A stretch of DNA of 64,000 nucleotides from Nitrosarchaeum sp. (GTDB taxonomy: Archaea > Thermoproteota > Nitrososphaeria > Nitrososphaerales > Nitrosopumilaceae). The translations under genes and the position numbers were made by a program. The stretch is taken from the NCBI GenBank assembly GCA_021414365.1, contig JAIOOR010000020.1, forward strand, positions 3,339 through 67,338, written 5' to 3'. The notes beneath the pieces are model-generated. The model saw only the letters and a program-made list of their open reading frames with translations. It was not told the origin of the DNA and did no database searches. Below, piece by piece: positions 18,537 to 27,737 of this stretch. Within the stretch, counting starts at the first letter, position 1; the number at the start of each line of letters is the position of its first letter.

Positions 18537-19289
18537 ATGAATGAATTGAATAAGGAATTACTCTGTAAAATTGAGAATTCTATTAAAGAAAGTGTATCTG
18601 AAAAGAAAATTGGCATTGCATTTTCTGGTGGTGTTGATAGCACACTAATTTCCAAGATTTGTTATGATTTAGGCTATGATATTGTCTTGTTGACTGTTGG
18701 TTTTCCAGAATCTCATGATATTTTGTTTGCAAACGAAGTCAATAAGCACTTAAAACTTGCTCATCATATTTTAGAAATTGACTCTACTTTTCAAAACACG
18801 GTTGCAAAAATTAAACAAACAATAAAAACAGATAATCTCTCTTGGAATGAAAATTGTATTGCATTTTACTATGTATCTAAACTAGCTAAAAGTCTAGGAA
18901 TAGATGTTGTTGTAACCGCAAATGGAATAGATGAATTGTTTTGTGGATATAACGCCTATAGATTGGTAATTTCTGAAGGAGAATCAAAAATTCTTGAAGT
19001 GATGAATTCAAAACTAGACAATGAAATTAAAATGATGAAGGCAGTAAATCAAATTGCATCTGAGTTTAGTGTTAGAATAATTCAGCCTTTACTCTCTTCT
19101 GATTTTATAGAATTTGCTAAAACCATTCCTATTCATGAAAAAATTCGAGATTCTGAAGATCTGCTGAGAAAACACATCATACGAAAATTAGCAAGTGAAG
19201 TAGGAGTTCCTGAAATTTCATATACAAAAAGAAAAAAAGCTTTGCAATATGGTTCAAAAATTCACAAAGCACTGTTAAAATCTAAATAA
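18537..19289 (+). CDS. PP-loop ATP pyrophosphatase (asparagine-synthase-related)
   Basis: GIAFSGGVDSTL is an SGGxDS PP-loop. The substrate is not inferable from sequence. Confidence 0.6.
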   Translation: MNELNKELLCKIENSIKESVSEKKIGIAFSGGVDSTLISKICYDLGYDIVLLTVGFPESHDILFANEVNKHLKLAHHILEIDSTFQNTVAKIKQTIKTDNLSWNENCIAFYYVSKLAKSLGIDVVVTANGIDELFCGYNAYRLVISEGESKILEVMNSKLDNEIKMMKAVNQIASEFSVRIIQPLLSSDFIEFAKTIPIHEKIRDSEDLLRKHIIRKLASEVGVPEISYTKRKKALQYGSKIHKALLKSK

Positions 19290-20643
19290 ATTTTCTAATA
19301 GTTTTTTGAACTAATTTGTTAACATTACTTATGATTAATGGAGATGCTCCGAGATGTTTTTCTGGAGAAAATATTGAATCGATTTCTTTTTTTGTTAGTT
19401 TTGTTGAAAATGCCTTGTCGTTTTTAATTGCATCAATATATTGAATCTCTTTATCCTTTGCCTCAAATGCAACTCTTTGAACATCTCTATATGCGATAAA
19501 TCTTGGAACTCCTTTTTTGATTAATGCTTCTAAAACAAATTCTGCAAATATTTGCCCTTTTGTAATGTATAGATTATCTATAATTTTTTTCTCATTTACA
19601 ATTAGGTTTGAAATAATTTTACTCATAGTTTCTAACATCTCATCCACTAGAATGGCTGCTGTTGGAAGCACAAATCTTTCATTTGCTGAATTTGAAAGAT
19701 CTCGCTCATGCCATAATGGGATATTTTCAAAAGTTATAGCTATTTGACTGCGTAAAATCTTTGATAACGATGATACTCTTTCACTTTTAATTGGATTTCT
19801 TTTTACTGGAACTGCACTGCTTCCCATCTGACCTTTTTTGAATTGCTCTGCAACTTCAGCTATTTCGGTTCTTTGTAAATTTCTAATCTCAACTGCAATT
19901 TTTTCTAACGTTGCACCAATCAGTGCCAACTCAAATACATACTCTGTATATCTCTCTCTTGGAACTATCTGTGTAGTTACATCTGCTGGAAAAAGGTTTA
20001 ATCGTTTTGCAACTCTCTTTTGAACTTCAAGTGATTTTGCACCCATTAATGATCCTGTTCCTACCACTCCAAGTGTTTTGCAAATCAAAACTCTTTTCTT
20101 TAACTCTTCTATTCTTTCTACATGCTTTGCCATCTCTGCTGCCCAATTTGCAAATTTTAAACCAAATGATATTATGCTAGCATGTTGACCATGGGTTCTA
20201 CCTACTGCAGGAATTTTACCATGCTGTACTGCTCTCTTTGCTAATAGTGATGCAATTTTTGCAACTTTGGGTTCAATAATTTTCAATGCGTCTCTTATCT
20301 GCATAGAGTTGCTAGTGTCTACCAAATCATTGCTTGTTAATCCATAATGAATCCACGGTCTTGCATCTTTTGTACATTTTTCACTTAGTGATTCAACTAA
20401 TGCTGCAGTATCATGATCACTTTTTGCTTCTAATTCTTTAATTCTTTTTACTGTGATTTTTCCTGACATTGCAGCAGTGTAGATGATTTTGCCTGTTGTT
20501 TTTGGAATAATTCTAATTTCACTTTGTGATAATGCAGCAGCCCCTTCAATTTCTAATTGATAGTTTACTTTTTTTTGTTCACTAAATATCTCTAACATTT
20601 CTTTAGTGCCATAACGTCCACTATCTATCGGTAAAATTGCCAA
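19282..20643 (-). CDS. purB: adenylosuccinate lyase
   Basis: Fumarate-lyase family with the GSSAVPVKRNP signature. N-terminus and length are PurB-like. Confidence 0.9.
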   Translation of the reverse strand: MAILPIDSGRYGTKEMLEIFSEQKKVNYQLEIEGAAALSQSEIRIIPKTTGKIIYTAAMSGKITVKRIKELEAKSDHDTAALVESLSEKCTKDARPWIHYGLTSNDLVDTSNSMQIRDALKIIEPKVAKIASLLAKRAVQHGKIPAVGRTHGQHASIISFGLKFANWAAEMAKHVERIEELKKRVLICKTLGVVGTGSLMGAKSLEVQKRVAKRLNLFPADVTTQIVPRERYTEYVFELALIGATLEKIAVEIRNLQRTEIAEVAEQFKKGQMGSSAVPVKRNPIKSERVSSLSKILRSQIAITFENIPLWHERDLSNSANERFVLPTAAILVDEMLETMSKIISNLIVNEKKIIDNLYITKGQIFAEFVLEALIKKGVPRFIAYRDVQRVAFEAKDKEIQYIDAIKNDKAFSTKLTKKEIDSIFSPEKHLGASPLIISNVNKLVQKTIRKFI

Positions 20644-20815
20644 TGTTTACTCTCTTAAAACATCGAAAATAAATCTACTTCTTTATATGTTATTTTGTAT
20701 ATAATACAACTTTAGTATCATTATGCCTCAAATAATTAAAGGTTGAACATTTTTTGATTTAGCACTTGGAAATCAAATACAATGATGTCAATTAGTTTAT
20801 CAATAAAGAGTAAAA

Positions 20816-22081
20816 ATGTCATCTTTTATCAGTATGACATTGAATGCAAAACAAAAAATTATGATTATAGTGCTATTTCAAATTGTTCTAATCATTGGCA
20901 GTTTTTTGGTACTTGTAAATATTGAATCCCAACGGATTAAAATTGGAGAATCTATCAATTATGCTGGCCTAAACCGATTTTTAACTGTGGAAACACATTT
21001 GGAAGTGCATATTTTATACTTAGAAAACAATTTTGATGAAAAACCACCATCACTTGAAAAACTTAAAGAAAATTTATTGCTAATAAAAGACGGTGGTAAA
21101 ATAAACAGTGATTTGTTAACTCCTTTACCATTACAATTAGAAGAAGATTGGAAAAAAACATTTGATGATTATCTTATTTTTGAAAGCAGTATTCAAAATC
21201 TAAAAGATATGACTTCAGAAAATACATTGTATGTTCATACTACTATAGACAAATCTGCAGAAGAATTAATTCAAAGTTCAAATAATCTTGTTAGTAGACT
21301 TACTGAATATCTTTTTGAAACATATCTCTTATTAATTAGATTACAAATTGCTCTACTTTTACTCAATACATTTGTTCATATTTTTCTAGTGTTTATGATA
21401 TTTAGAATTTTTAATAATGATCTTAAAGAAAAAATTCAATTAGAACGATTTGCCACTATTGGAGAAATTGGAGCAAATATTGTACATGACTTGAGAAATC
21501 CGTTAACGGTAATCAAAGGAGCTTTTGAGATTTTAAAACTGAAAAAAAATGATATGGATGAAACATTTGAAAAAAAACAATATGAAAAAATTAATAATTC
21601 TATTGATAAAATAATCTACCTGACAAAAGATATTTTAGATTATGTGCGAAGTTCAGAATTACAAAAAGAGGAATTTGATTTTTCTGAGATTATTCAAAAT
21701 TCCTTAAATGAAATTACACTTCCAAATCAAATTCAAATTAAACTACCTATACAAGATTACAAAATCAAGGCAGATAAAATAAAACTTGGCATTGTAATAT
21801 CCAACTTAATAAAAAATTCAGTAGAAGCTATAAATGAAAATGGGACAATTACTATGAATTTGGTAGAAAACCAAGATTATGTAGTTTTTTCTATCACAGA
21901 TTCTGGAAATAAATTATCTGAAGATGATATATCTAAAATTTTCCAACCCCTTTTTACTAAAAAACAGCATGGGACTGGCCTAGGATTAGCTAGTTGTAAA
22001 AGAATCATAGAACAACATGAAGGAAAAATATCTGCAAGTGTAAATCCAACAACATTCACTATATCGATTCCAAAAAAATAA
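20816..22081 (+). CDS. membrane sensor histidine kinase
   Basis: Two hydrophobic segments flank a sensor region. H-box IVHDLRNPLT, plus an HATPase with N box and GTGLGLA. Confidence 0.85.
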   Translation: MSSFISMTLNAKQKIMIIVLFQIVLIIGSFLVLVNIESQRIKIGESINYAGLNRFLTVETHLEVHILYLENNFDEKPPSLEKLKENLLLIKDGGKINSDLLTPLPLQLEEDWKKTFDDYLIFESSIQNLKDMTSENTLYVHTTIDKSAEELIQSSNNLVSRLTEYLFETYLLLIRLQIALLLLNTFVHIFLVFMIFRIFNNDLKEKIQLERFATIGEIGANIVHDLRNPLTVIKGAFEILKLKKNDMDETFEKKQYEKINNSIDKIIYLTKDILDYVRSSELQKEEFDFSEIIQNSLNEITLPNQIQIKLPIQDYKIKADKIKLGIVISNLIKNSVEAINENGTITMNLVENQDYVVFSITDSGNKLSEDDISKIFQPLFTKKQHGTGLGLASCKRIIEQHEGKISASVNPTTFTISIPKK

Positions 22082-22093
22082 TCTTTTTTGAAT

Positions 22094-22480
22094 CTAATTT
22101 TTTGGATAAAATTTATCTGTCAATTCTTTTAATTTCTCTGCAGAATATGGTTTTTCAATTAAATCCAAGGCGTTTTTACTTTTTGCTAGCGCCCATTTTG
22201 AATAATCCGCATGAGCAGTCATGAAGATAATTTTGGCCTTTGGAAAGTCTTTCTCAATTTCAAAAAATGTGTTATATCCATCCATTTTTGGCATTTTTAC
22301 ATCAAGAAAAACTAATCCTGGTTTATGTTCTTTATATTTTGAAATTGTTTCCAATCCATTTTTTGCTTTAATCACATCATAACCAAAAAATTCTAAAAAA
22401 GTTACAGTTGTATCAAGAACCGCTTCATCATCATCCGCTACAAGAATTGTTCCTTTACTCTCCATATCTAATAATCCCAA
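22094..22480 (-). CDS. stand-alone response-regulator receiver protein (CheY-like)
   Basis: ILVADDD..., phospho-acceptor context LVFLDVKMPKMDG, and a conserved T/K region. The real start may be the MESKG Met at 22465. Confidence 0.85.
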   Translation of the reverse strand: MGLLDMESKGTILVADDDEAVLDTTVTFLEFFGYDVIKAKNGLETISKYKEHKPGLVFLDVKMPKMDGYNTFFEIEKDFPKAKIIFMTAHADYSKWALAKSKNALDLIEKPYSAEKLKELTDKFYPKN

Positions 22481-22498
22481 TCGTATGTACTTTTAATT

Positions 22499-23374
22499 TT
22501 AAACAATTGAAATAGCCTCTAAAATCTTTGAACGTTGCTTATAAAATATTTGTGCTTCAATAATAAAATCAGAAAACCATTTCTTTAGTTCAAGATCTTT
22601 TATTAGAATTTTTTTAAGATAATTTTTATTTTTCTGTTCTATTAAATTTGGGAAATATAATAAAGTAATATAAAACCACAATGAAATTAAATTTCCAATT
22701 TTTTGCTCATTAAATGATTCTGTAAGAATGTTTGATTTAATACCAAAATAAGAAATTAATTCATAAAATTCTTCATTTTTAATTTTTATGATATTTGGAT
22801 TATCGAATAGTAATCCCTTACCAAGTAACGAAATATTGTAAACATTATCTCCAATCATTGATTTTAAAAATTCCCATTTTCCAAAAATTAATGGAAGAAT
22901 GGTTTCATAATTTCTTGCTAGTTTATCTATTTCTTTTGCAGTAAAATTCAATTCATCTAAACAATAAAGAATTCCGAAATGAGATAATCTATACATACTT
23001 CCAGGATTTCTCTTTGTAGATTTACTATCAATCAAAACAATATTGAGATCTATTACTCCTTCCGAATGTTTGCCTCTATCTGTTCGTCCTACTAACAATC
23101 GTCGATATTCCTTTTCTTTATTACGAATTTTATACATATCATTTGGAAACTTGATCTTTGCCATTTCCCAAGTAGTCAGAGGTCCTTCTAAAGCAAGCAT
23201 TCTGAGAATTTTTAAGATATTTTGACTATGTTTTGATTTTAAGGCTAAAACTCCGTATGATTTTTTGGCATTTGGGCGAATGTAATACTTGTATGACAAT
23301 AAACTAGGAGATTTGCTCTCATTAAGAATAACCATACCGCAAATGGTGTGATAATTTAATATATAATTTCTCAT
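22499..23374 (-). CDS. hypothetical protein with a probable N-terminal winged-helix DNA-binding domain
   Basis: SQNILKILRMLALEGPLTTWEMAKI resembles a wHTH recognition region. The rest is unknown. Confidence 0.5.
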   Translation of the reverse strand: MRNYILNYHTICGMVILNESKSPSLLSYKYYIRPNAKKSYGVLALKSKHSQNILKILRMLALEGPLTTWEMAKIKFPNDMYKIRNKEKEYRRLLVGRTDRGKHSEGVIDLNIVLIDSKSTKRNPGSMYRLSHFGILYCLDELNFTAKEIDKLARNYETILPLIFGKWEFLKSMIGDNVYNISLLGKGLLFDNPNIIKIKNEEFYELISYFGIKSNILTESFNEQKIGNLISLWFYITLLYFPNLIEQKNKNYLKKILIKDLELKKWFSDFIIEAQIFYKQRSKILEAISIV

Positions 23375-23396
23375 TTACTCATATTAAGGAAATAAG

Positions 23397-23540
23397 ATGC
23401 CAGAAAGGGTTACAATAATGCTCGAGAATGACATTGCAAAGAAACTAAGATTAAAACAATCAAAATTGATTCAAACTTCTACTAAAAATGTAAGTTTCTC
23501 TTATGTGATAAATGAGACATTACGTTCTGCTTTGAAGTGA
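23397..23540 (+). CDS. 47-aa ribbon-helix-helix (CopG/Arc-like) protein, not in the ORF track
   Basis: MPERVTIMLENDIAKKLRLKQSKLIQTSTKNVSFSYVINETLRSALK shows the beta-strand/helix/helix pattern of RHH proteins. Divergent from 22499-23374. Confidence 0.5.
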   Translation: MPERVTIMLENDIAKKLRLKQSKLIQTSTKNVSFSYVINETLRSALK

Positions 23541-23698
23541 AAATTACTTTTTAGTTAAAGAAATTTTTAATTAAGACTCGTTCTTCAAAAATTGTATTAC
23601 AAAAACTTCCACAATTCTTCCATTTGCACTAAAAATGTACTTTCTTATTTGATTGTAAATGATTTAAATTGGCTTGAGGTAAATTTTTACCATTACTC

Positions 23699-25147
23699 AT
23701 GTCTGCAATCACTCCTAAAAAAATTGGAGAAAATCAATACATCATTGAGGCCGATTCTAATCTTGGAATGAAAGTTCCAGTAAAAATCTACGCTGATGAA
23801 GCATTACTTCAAAAAATGTTGCAAGATAGAACTATCATGCAAGCAAAAAATGTTGCAACTATACCTGGAATTGTGGGTCATAGTGTAGTCTTACCTGATG
23901 GTCATGAAGGATATGGTTTTCCAGTAGGAGGTGTAGCAGCTATGGATGCTGAAGAAGGCATGATTAGTCCTGGAGGTGTAGGATATGATATCAACTGCGG
24001 TGTTAGATTATTGCGTTCAAATTTAACTGAGAAAGATGTTCGATCAAAATTGCAAGAACTTGTAACTGATCTTTTTAGTTCAATTCCGTCAGGTGTTGGT
24101 TCTAAAGGAGCAGTAAAACTAAGTCATTCTCAGCTTGATGAAGTTCTTGTAAGGGGAGTAGACTGGGCAATTGATAATGGATACGGTTCATCTCATGATG
24201 CAAATGTTTGTGAAGAAAATGGACAAATAAAAAATGCTGATCCCAATAAAGTTTCAGACAAAGCAAGAAAAAGAGGCGCACCTCAATTGGGAAGTCTTGG
24301 TTCAGGAAATCATTTTCTTGAAGTACAAAAAGTATCTGAAATTCATGATGAAGAAGCTGCAAAAAGAATGGGTATTAAAGAAGGAACTATTACAATTTTA
24401 ATTCATTGTGGCTCTCGTGGTTTTGGTCATCAGGTTTGTAGTGATTATTTAAGAGTCTCAGAACAATCTATGGAAAAATATGATATTCATTTAGCAGATA
24501 GAGAATTAGCATGTGTCCCAAATACATCTGAAGAAGGAGAATCATATCGAAAAGCAATGTTTGCTGCATTAAATTTTGCATGGAGTAACAGACAAATGAT
24601 TACTCATTGGACTAGAAAATCTTTTGAAAGAGTTTTCAATCAAACTGAGTCTGATCTTGATATGAGTTTAGTTTATGATGTTGCTCACAATATTGCCAAA
24701 GTTGAAAAACATAAAGTTGAAGGCAAAGAAAGAAAACTCGTAGTTCATAGAAAAGGTGCAACCCGTGCATTTCCTGCAAATCGAGATGAAGTTCCATTAA
24801 AATATCGAGATCTTGGCCAACCAGTTTTAATTCCAGGTTCAATGGGCACTTCTAGCTGGATATTGCTTGGCCAACCTAATTCCATGGATTTGAGCTTTGG
24901 TTCTACCGCACATGGAGCTGGAAGAACAATGTCTAGATCAAAAGCAAGAAGAGATTTCACAGAAGATAATGTCAGAAAATCCCTTAGTGATAAGGGCATA
25001 TTTATCAAGGCATTAACGCGTGATGGAGTTGTGGAAGAAACCCCTCAAGCATATAAAGACGTTGATGCAGTAGTTAATGTTTCTCATAATCTTGGAATAG
25101 CCACTAAAGTAGCAAAATTGGTGCCTATAGGTGTGATTAAAGGTTGA
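23699..25147 (+). CDS. rtcB: RNA-splicing ligase RtcB
   Basis: PDGHEGYGFPVGGV, GYDINCG, GSGNHFLE, HCGSRGFGHQ and AHGAGR are all canonical RtcB blocks. Confidence 0.93.
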   Translation: MSAITPKKIGENQYIIEADSNLGMKVPVKIYADEALLQKMLQDRTIMQAKNVATIPGIVGHSVVLPDGHEGYGFPVGGVAAMDAEEGMISPGGVGYDINCGVRLLRSNLTEKDVRSKLQELVTDLFSSIPSGVGSKGAVKLSHSQLDEVLVRGVDWAIDNGYGSSHDANVCEENGQIKNADPNKVSDKARKRGAPQLGSLGSGNHFLEVQKVSEIHDEEAAKRMGIKEGTITILIHCGSRGFGHQVCSDYLRVSEQSMEKYDIHLADRELACVPNTSEEGESYRKAMFAALNFAWSNRQMITHWTRKSFERVFNQTESDLDMSLVYDVAHNIAKVEKHKVEGKERKLVVHRKGATRAFPANRDEVPLKYRDLGQPVLIPGSMGTSSWILLGQPNSMDLSFGSTAHGAGRTMSRSKARRDFTEDNVRKSLSDKGIFIKALTRDGVVEETPQAYKDVDAVVNVSHNLGIATKVAKLVPIGVIKG

Positions 25148-25560
25148 GTGAAGAAGATTCCGAACTTGAAAGATTAAAGGCAAAAAGACTTGCAGAAATG
25201 CAACAAAACATTTCGTCTAGAAAACAAATAGAAACACCAACAAACAATTTACCACAAAAAGAAACTAAACAACCAAGAGACATTCTTGTTGAACGCCTTG
25301 GATTCAGAGGTATAGAAGTTTTAAAAAATGCAGAATCACAATTTCCAAATGACACAAAAATGGTTATAGAAAAATTATCTGAGCTAATCACCTCTGGAGA
25401 AATCACTGAAATTCTTGATGGGGGAAAATTGCTTATGTTATTCAGATCAATCGGTCTTAACATAAGAATGGAAACTAAGATCAATGTTGAACAAGATGGA
25501 AAGTTTGTATCTCTTTCTGATAAATTAAGTAGTCATTCATACGATGATGTTGATGAATAA
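25144..25560 (+). CDS. PDCD5/TFAR19-family dsDNA-binding protein
   Basis: ELERLKAKRLAEMQQ...RDILVERL....VIEKLSELITSGEITEILDGGKLLMLF fits the PDCD5 pattern. TTG start overlaps the rtcB stop. Confidence 0.55.
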   Translation: MSEEDSELERLKAKRLAEMQQNISSRKQIETPTNNLPQKETKQPRDILVERLGFRGIEVLKNAESQFPNDTKMVIEKLSELITSGEITEILDGGKLLMLFRSIGLNIRMETKINVEQDGKFVSLSDKLSSHSYDDVDE

Positions 25561-25871
25561 TGGATACTGTTTTTGAAGTAAGCTCAAAAAATTATGGTGA
25601 TGATTTACTACTTATAAAAAAAACATTGTCTCATATGGAAACTCTAGTTGGTTGCTATAATGGATATACACTTGGTGAACCCTCTTCAAAATTTGGATGG
25701 ACATTTTTTAAATTATCTTTTAAACCAAATTTGCAAAATGGAATCGAAGAAAAATTTGCAGGTATGTTAAACAAATATAGATTGAACAACGCATCTCAAA
25801 AATTTACCAAATTCATGACTGATTATTTTCAAGCTAAAGGTTGTAATATTAAAATTAAAATGCTCGACTAG
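25560..25871 (+). CDS. hypothetical protein (103 aa), translationally coupled to the upstream gene
   Basis: ATG overlaps the preceding TAA (TAATG). No motif. Confidence 0.5.
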   Translation: MDTVFEVSSKNYGDDLLLIKKTLSHMETLVGCYNGYTLGEPSSKFGWTFFKLSFKPNLQNGIEEKFAGMLNKYRLNNASQKFTKFMTDYFQAKGCNIKIKMLD

Positions 25872-26353
25872 ACTCTTCTTCCTCTTTTTCCACCTTTCTT
25901 TCTGGTGGTATCATGAGGGATTGGTGTTACATCGTCTATTCTTCCTATTTTAAATCCTCCTCTTGCCAAAGCTCTGATTGCAGCTTGTGCACCAGGACCT
26001 GGCACTCTAGAGCCTACTCCTCCAACAGCTCGTACTCTGATATGAAATCCTGTGAACCCTTTTGTATGTGCCACTTCTACAACTGCATTTGCAGCTTTCA
26101 TTGCAGCAAAAGGTGATGATTCGTATCTATCTGCATTAACATGAACTCCACCTGAACTAATAGAAACAGTTTCTCCACCTGTAAGATCAGTCATGTGAAT
26201 TATTGTATTGTTATAACTACTGTAAATATGGGCAATTCCCCATTTTTCAGGACCATCAGTTTTTGTCTCTGGTCTAGATTTTGTATGAACTTCCTCAATT
26301 TCTTCCTCTTTAATTGGGATCTCTACTTCAATCTCAGCTTCAATTTCTGACAA
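25868..26353 (-). CDS. rps11: 30S ribosomal protein uS11 with an acidic N-terminal extension
   Basis: [26 protein letters not shown]...AAMKAA...[11 protein letters not shown] is canonical uS11. Confidence 0.9.
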   Translation of the reverse strand: MSEIEAEIEVEIPIKEEEIEEVHTKSRPETKTDGPEKWGIAHIYSSYNNTIIHMTDLTGGETVSISSGGVHVNADRYESSPFAAMKAANAVVEVAHTKGFTGFHIRVRAVGGVGSRVPGPGAQAAIRALARGGFKIGRIDDVTPIPHDTTRKKGGKRGRRV

Positions 26354-26464
26354 TGTTTAATCACATCTTAAAGGGTTTAAAAAACATTGATTTTCTGAAT
26401 TCTTCTTATTTTGAGCACATTGAATTCGATTATTGTTCAAATACTGTATTTTTCTATATTTTGT

Positions 26465-26782
26465 ATGGGATCAATCCTATGGGTTGCAATAGGCATCGCA
26501 ATTTTTACTGCGTTACTGGGCTCATTTCTCTTTCAATTTCTAATCCCTAATAATTCTCAAATAAATGCATTAGAAGAAAAATGTGAAAAAATTGCCAAAG
26601 AAGGATTTCAAATACATGTAATGTATCCTGATCTTCAGCCAGATCAACTCCCTTCTGGTGATTTGAATCGCTTGACATATCTTGATGAAATGTGGATTAA
26701 TGAATGTGTTTCAGGCTTATCCGCAGAATCTATTTTCAATATAGTTCAAAAAGTAGAACATAATTTCTACTCTGGTCAATAA
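26465..26782 (+). CDS. small membrane-anchored hypothetical protein
   Basis: The ATG at 26465 gives MGSILWVAIGIAIFTALLGSFLF, one TM helix. The track start at 26411 is a TTG. Confidence 0.45.
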   Translation: MGSILWVAIGIAIFTALLGSFLFQFLIPNNSQINALEEKCEKIAKEGFQIHVMYPDLQPDQLPSGDLNRLTYLDEMWINECVSGLSAESIFNIVQKVEHNFYSGQ

Positions 26783-26783
26783 T

Positions 26784-27737
26784 TTATTTTCTAAAGTGAT
26801 GCCAACCAAAATCTTTTAAGGGAATATATTTTTCTTGTTTTTCAAGAAATACTCCTCTACCTTTTGTCACATAACCTATTTCCATTATTGGAATTTTTGA
26901 TAATCGTGCATTTTTTTTAACTTTATCTTTATATTTTTTTGAAATAGTAAATACAAACTCATATTCTTCACCCCCATGAAATACTAATTCATTTGGATCT
27001 ATCTTATGCAATTCTGCAAATTCAAAAAGATCTTTTCCAGTTGGAATGCTTTTTATGATAAATTTACATTTGCTCTGATTTGCCATTTCATTTAATGTTG
27101 TAGAAAGACCATCACTGGAATCCATCGATGATGTGAATTGTTTTCTGTTTCTTATCCCAAAATCTAATTTTGGGCATGGATTGACGACTGATTTTATCGC
27201 TTTTTTTACAAAATGTCTATCTCCTTTCATTTTTTCAAGTAGTATTTTTAGACCTGACGCTGTATATCCAAATGGACCAGTTACAAATATTGTATCTCCT
27301 ATCTTTGCTCCTTGTCTTTTTACTATCTTATCAGCTGTTCCAAATAATGATACATTGATCACGATCTCTTTTCCTTCATTTGTATCCCCGCCTAAAATTT
27401 TGAAATTAAATTCATCTGATGTTAGTCTAAATCCTTTTGCCATCTCAATGATTTTTTTACGTGAAATTTCCTTTGGTAAATTCAACGAAATCATTCCATA
27501 ATGAGGTTTGATTCCCTTTGCAGCAAAATCACTAATGCACGCTATAATGCTTTTTCTAGCAGCTTCGGATATTTTCATTTTTGGAGGCATGTCTGTACTT
27601 TGAACAAATGTATCTGTTTTTGCTACAATTTTCGTTTTACCTAATTTGAAAATCTCAACATCTTCAGAGACAAATTTTTTATTTCCTAGTTTTTTCTGAA
27701 AAATTTTGATTATTGTTAATTCATTTAATATCGTCAT
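26784..27737 (-). CDS. thiL: thiamine-monophosphate kinase (AIR-synthase-related fold)
   Basis: DVEIF...VAKTDTFVQSTD...SDFAAKG...GGDTN...SMDSSDGL matches the ThiL pattern. Confidence 0.78.
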   Translation of the reverse strand: MTILNELTIIKIFQKKLGNKKFVSEDVEIFKLGKTKIVAKTDTFVQSTDMPPKMKISEAARKSIIACISDFAAKGIKPHYGMISLNLPKEISRKKIIEMAKGFRLTSDEFNFKILGGDTNEGKEIVINVSLFGTADKIVKRQGAKIGDTIFVTGPFGYTASGLKILLEKMKGDRHFVKKAIKSVVNPCPKLDFGIRNRKQFTSSMDSSDGLSTTLNEMANQSKCKFIIKSIPTGKDLFEFAELHKIDPNELVFHGGEEYEFVFTISKKYKDKVKKNARLSKIPIMEIGYVTKGRGVFLEKQEKYIPLKDFGWHHFRK

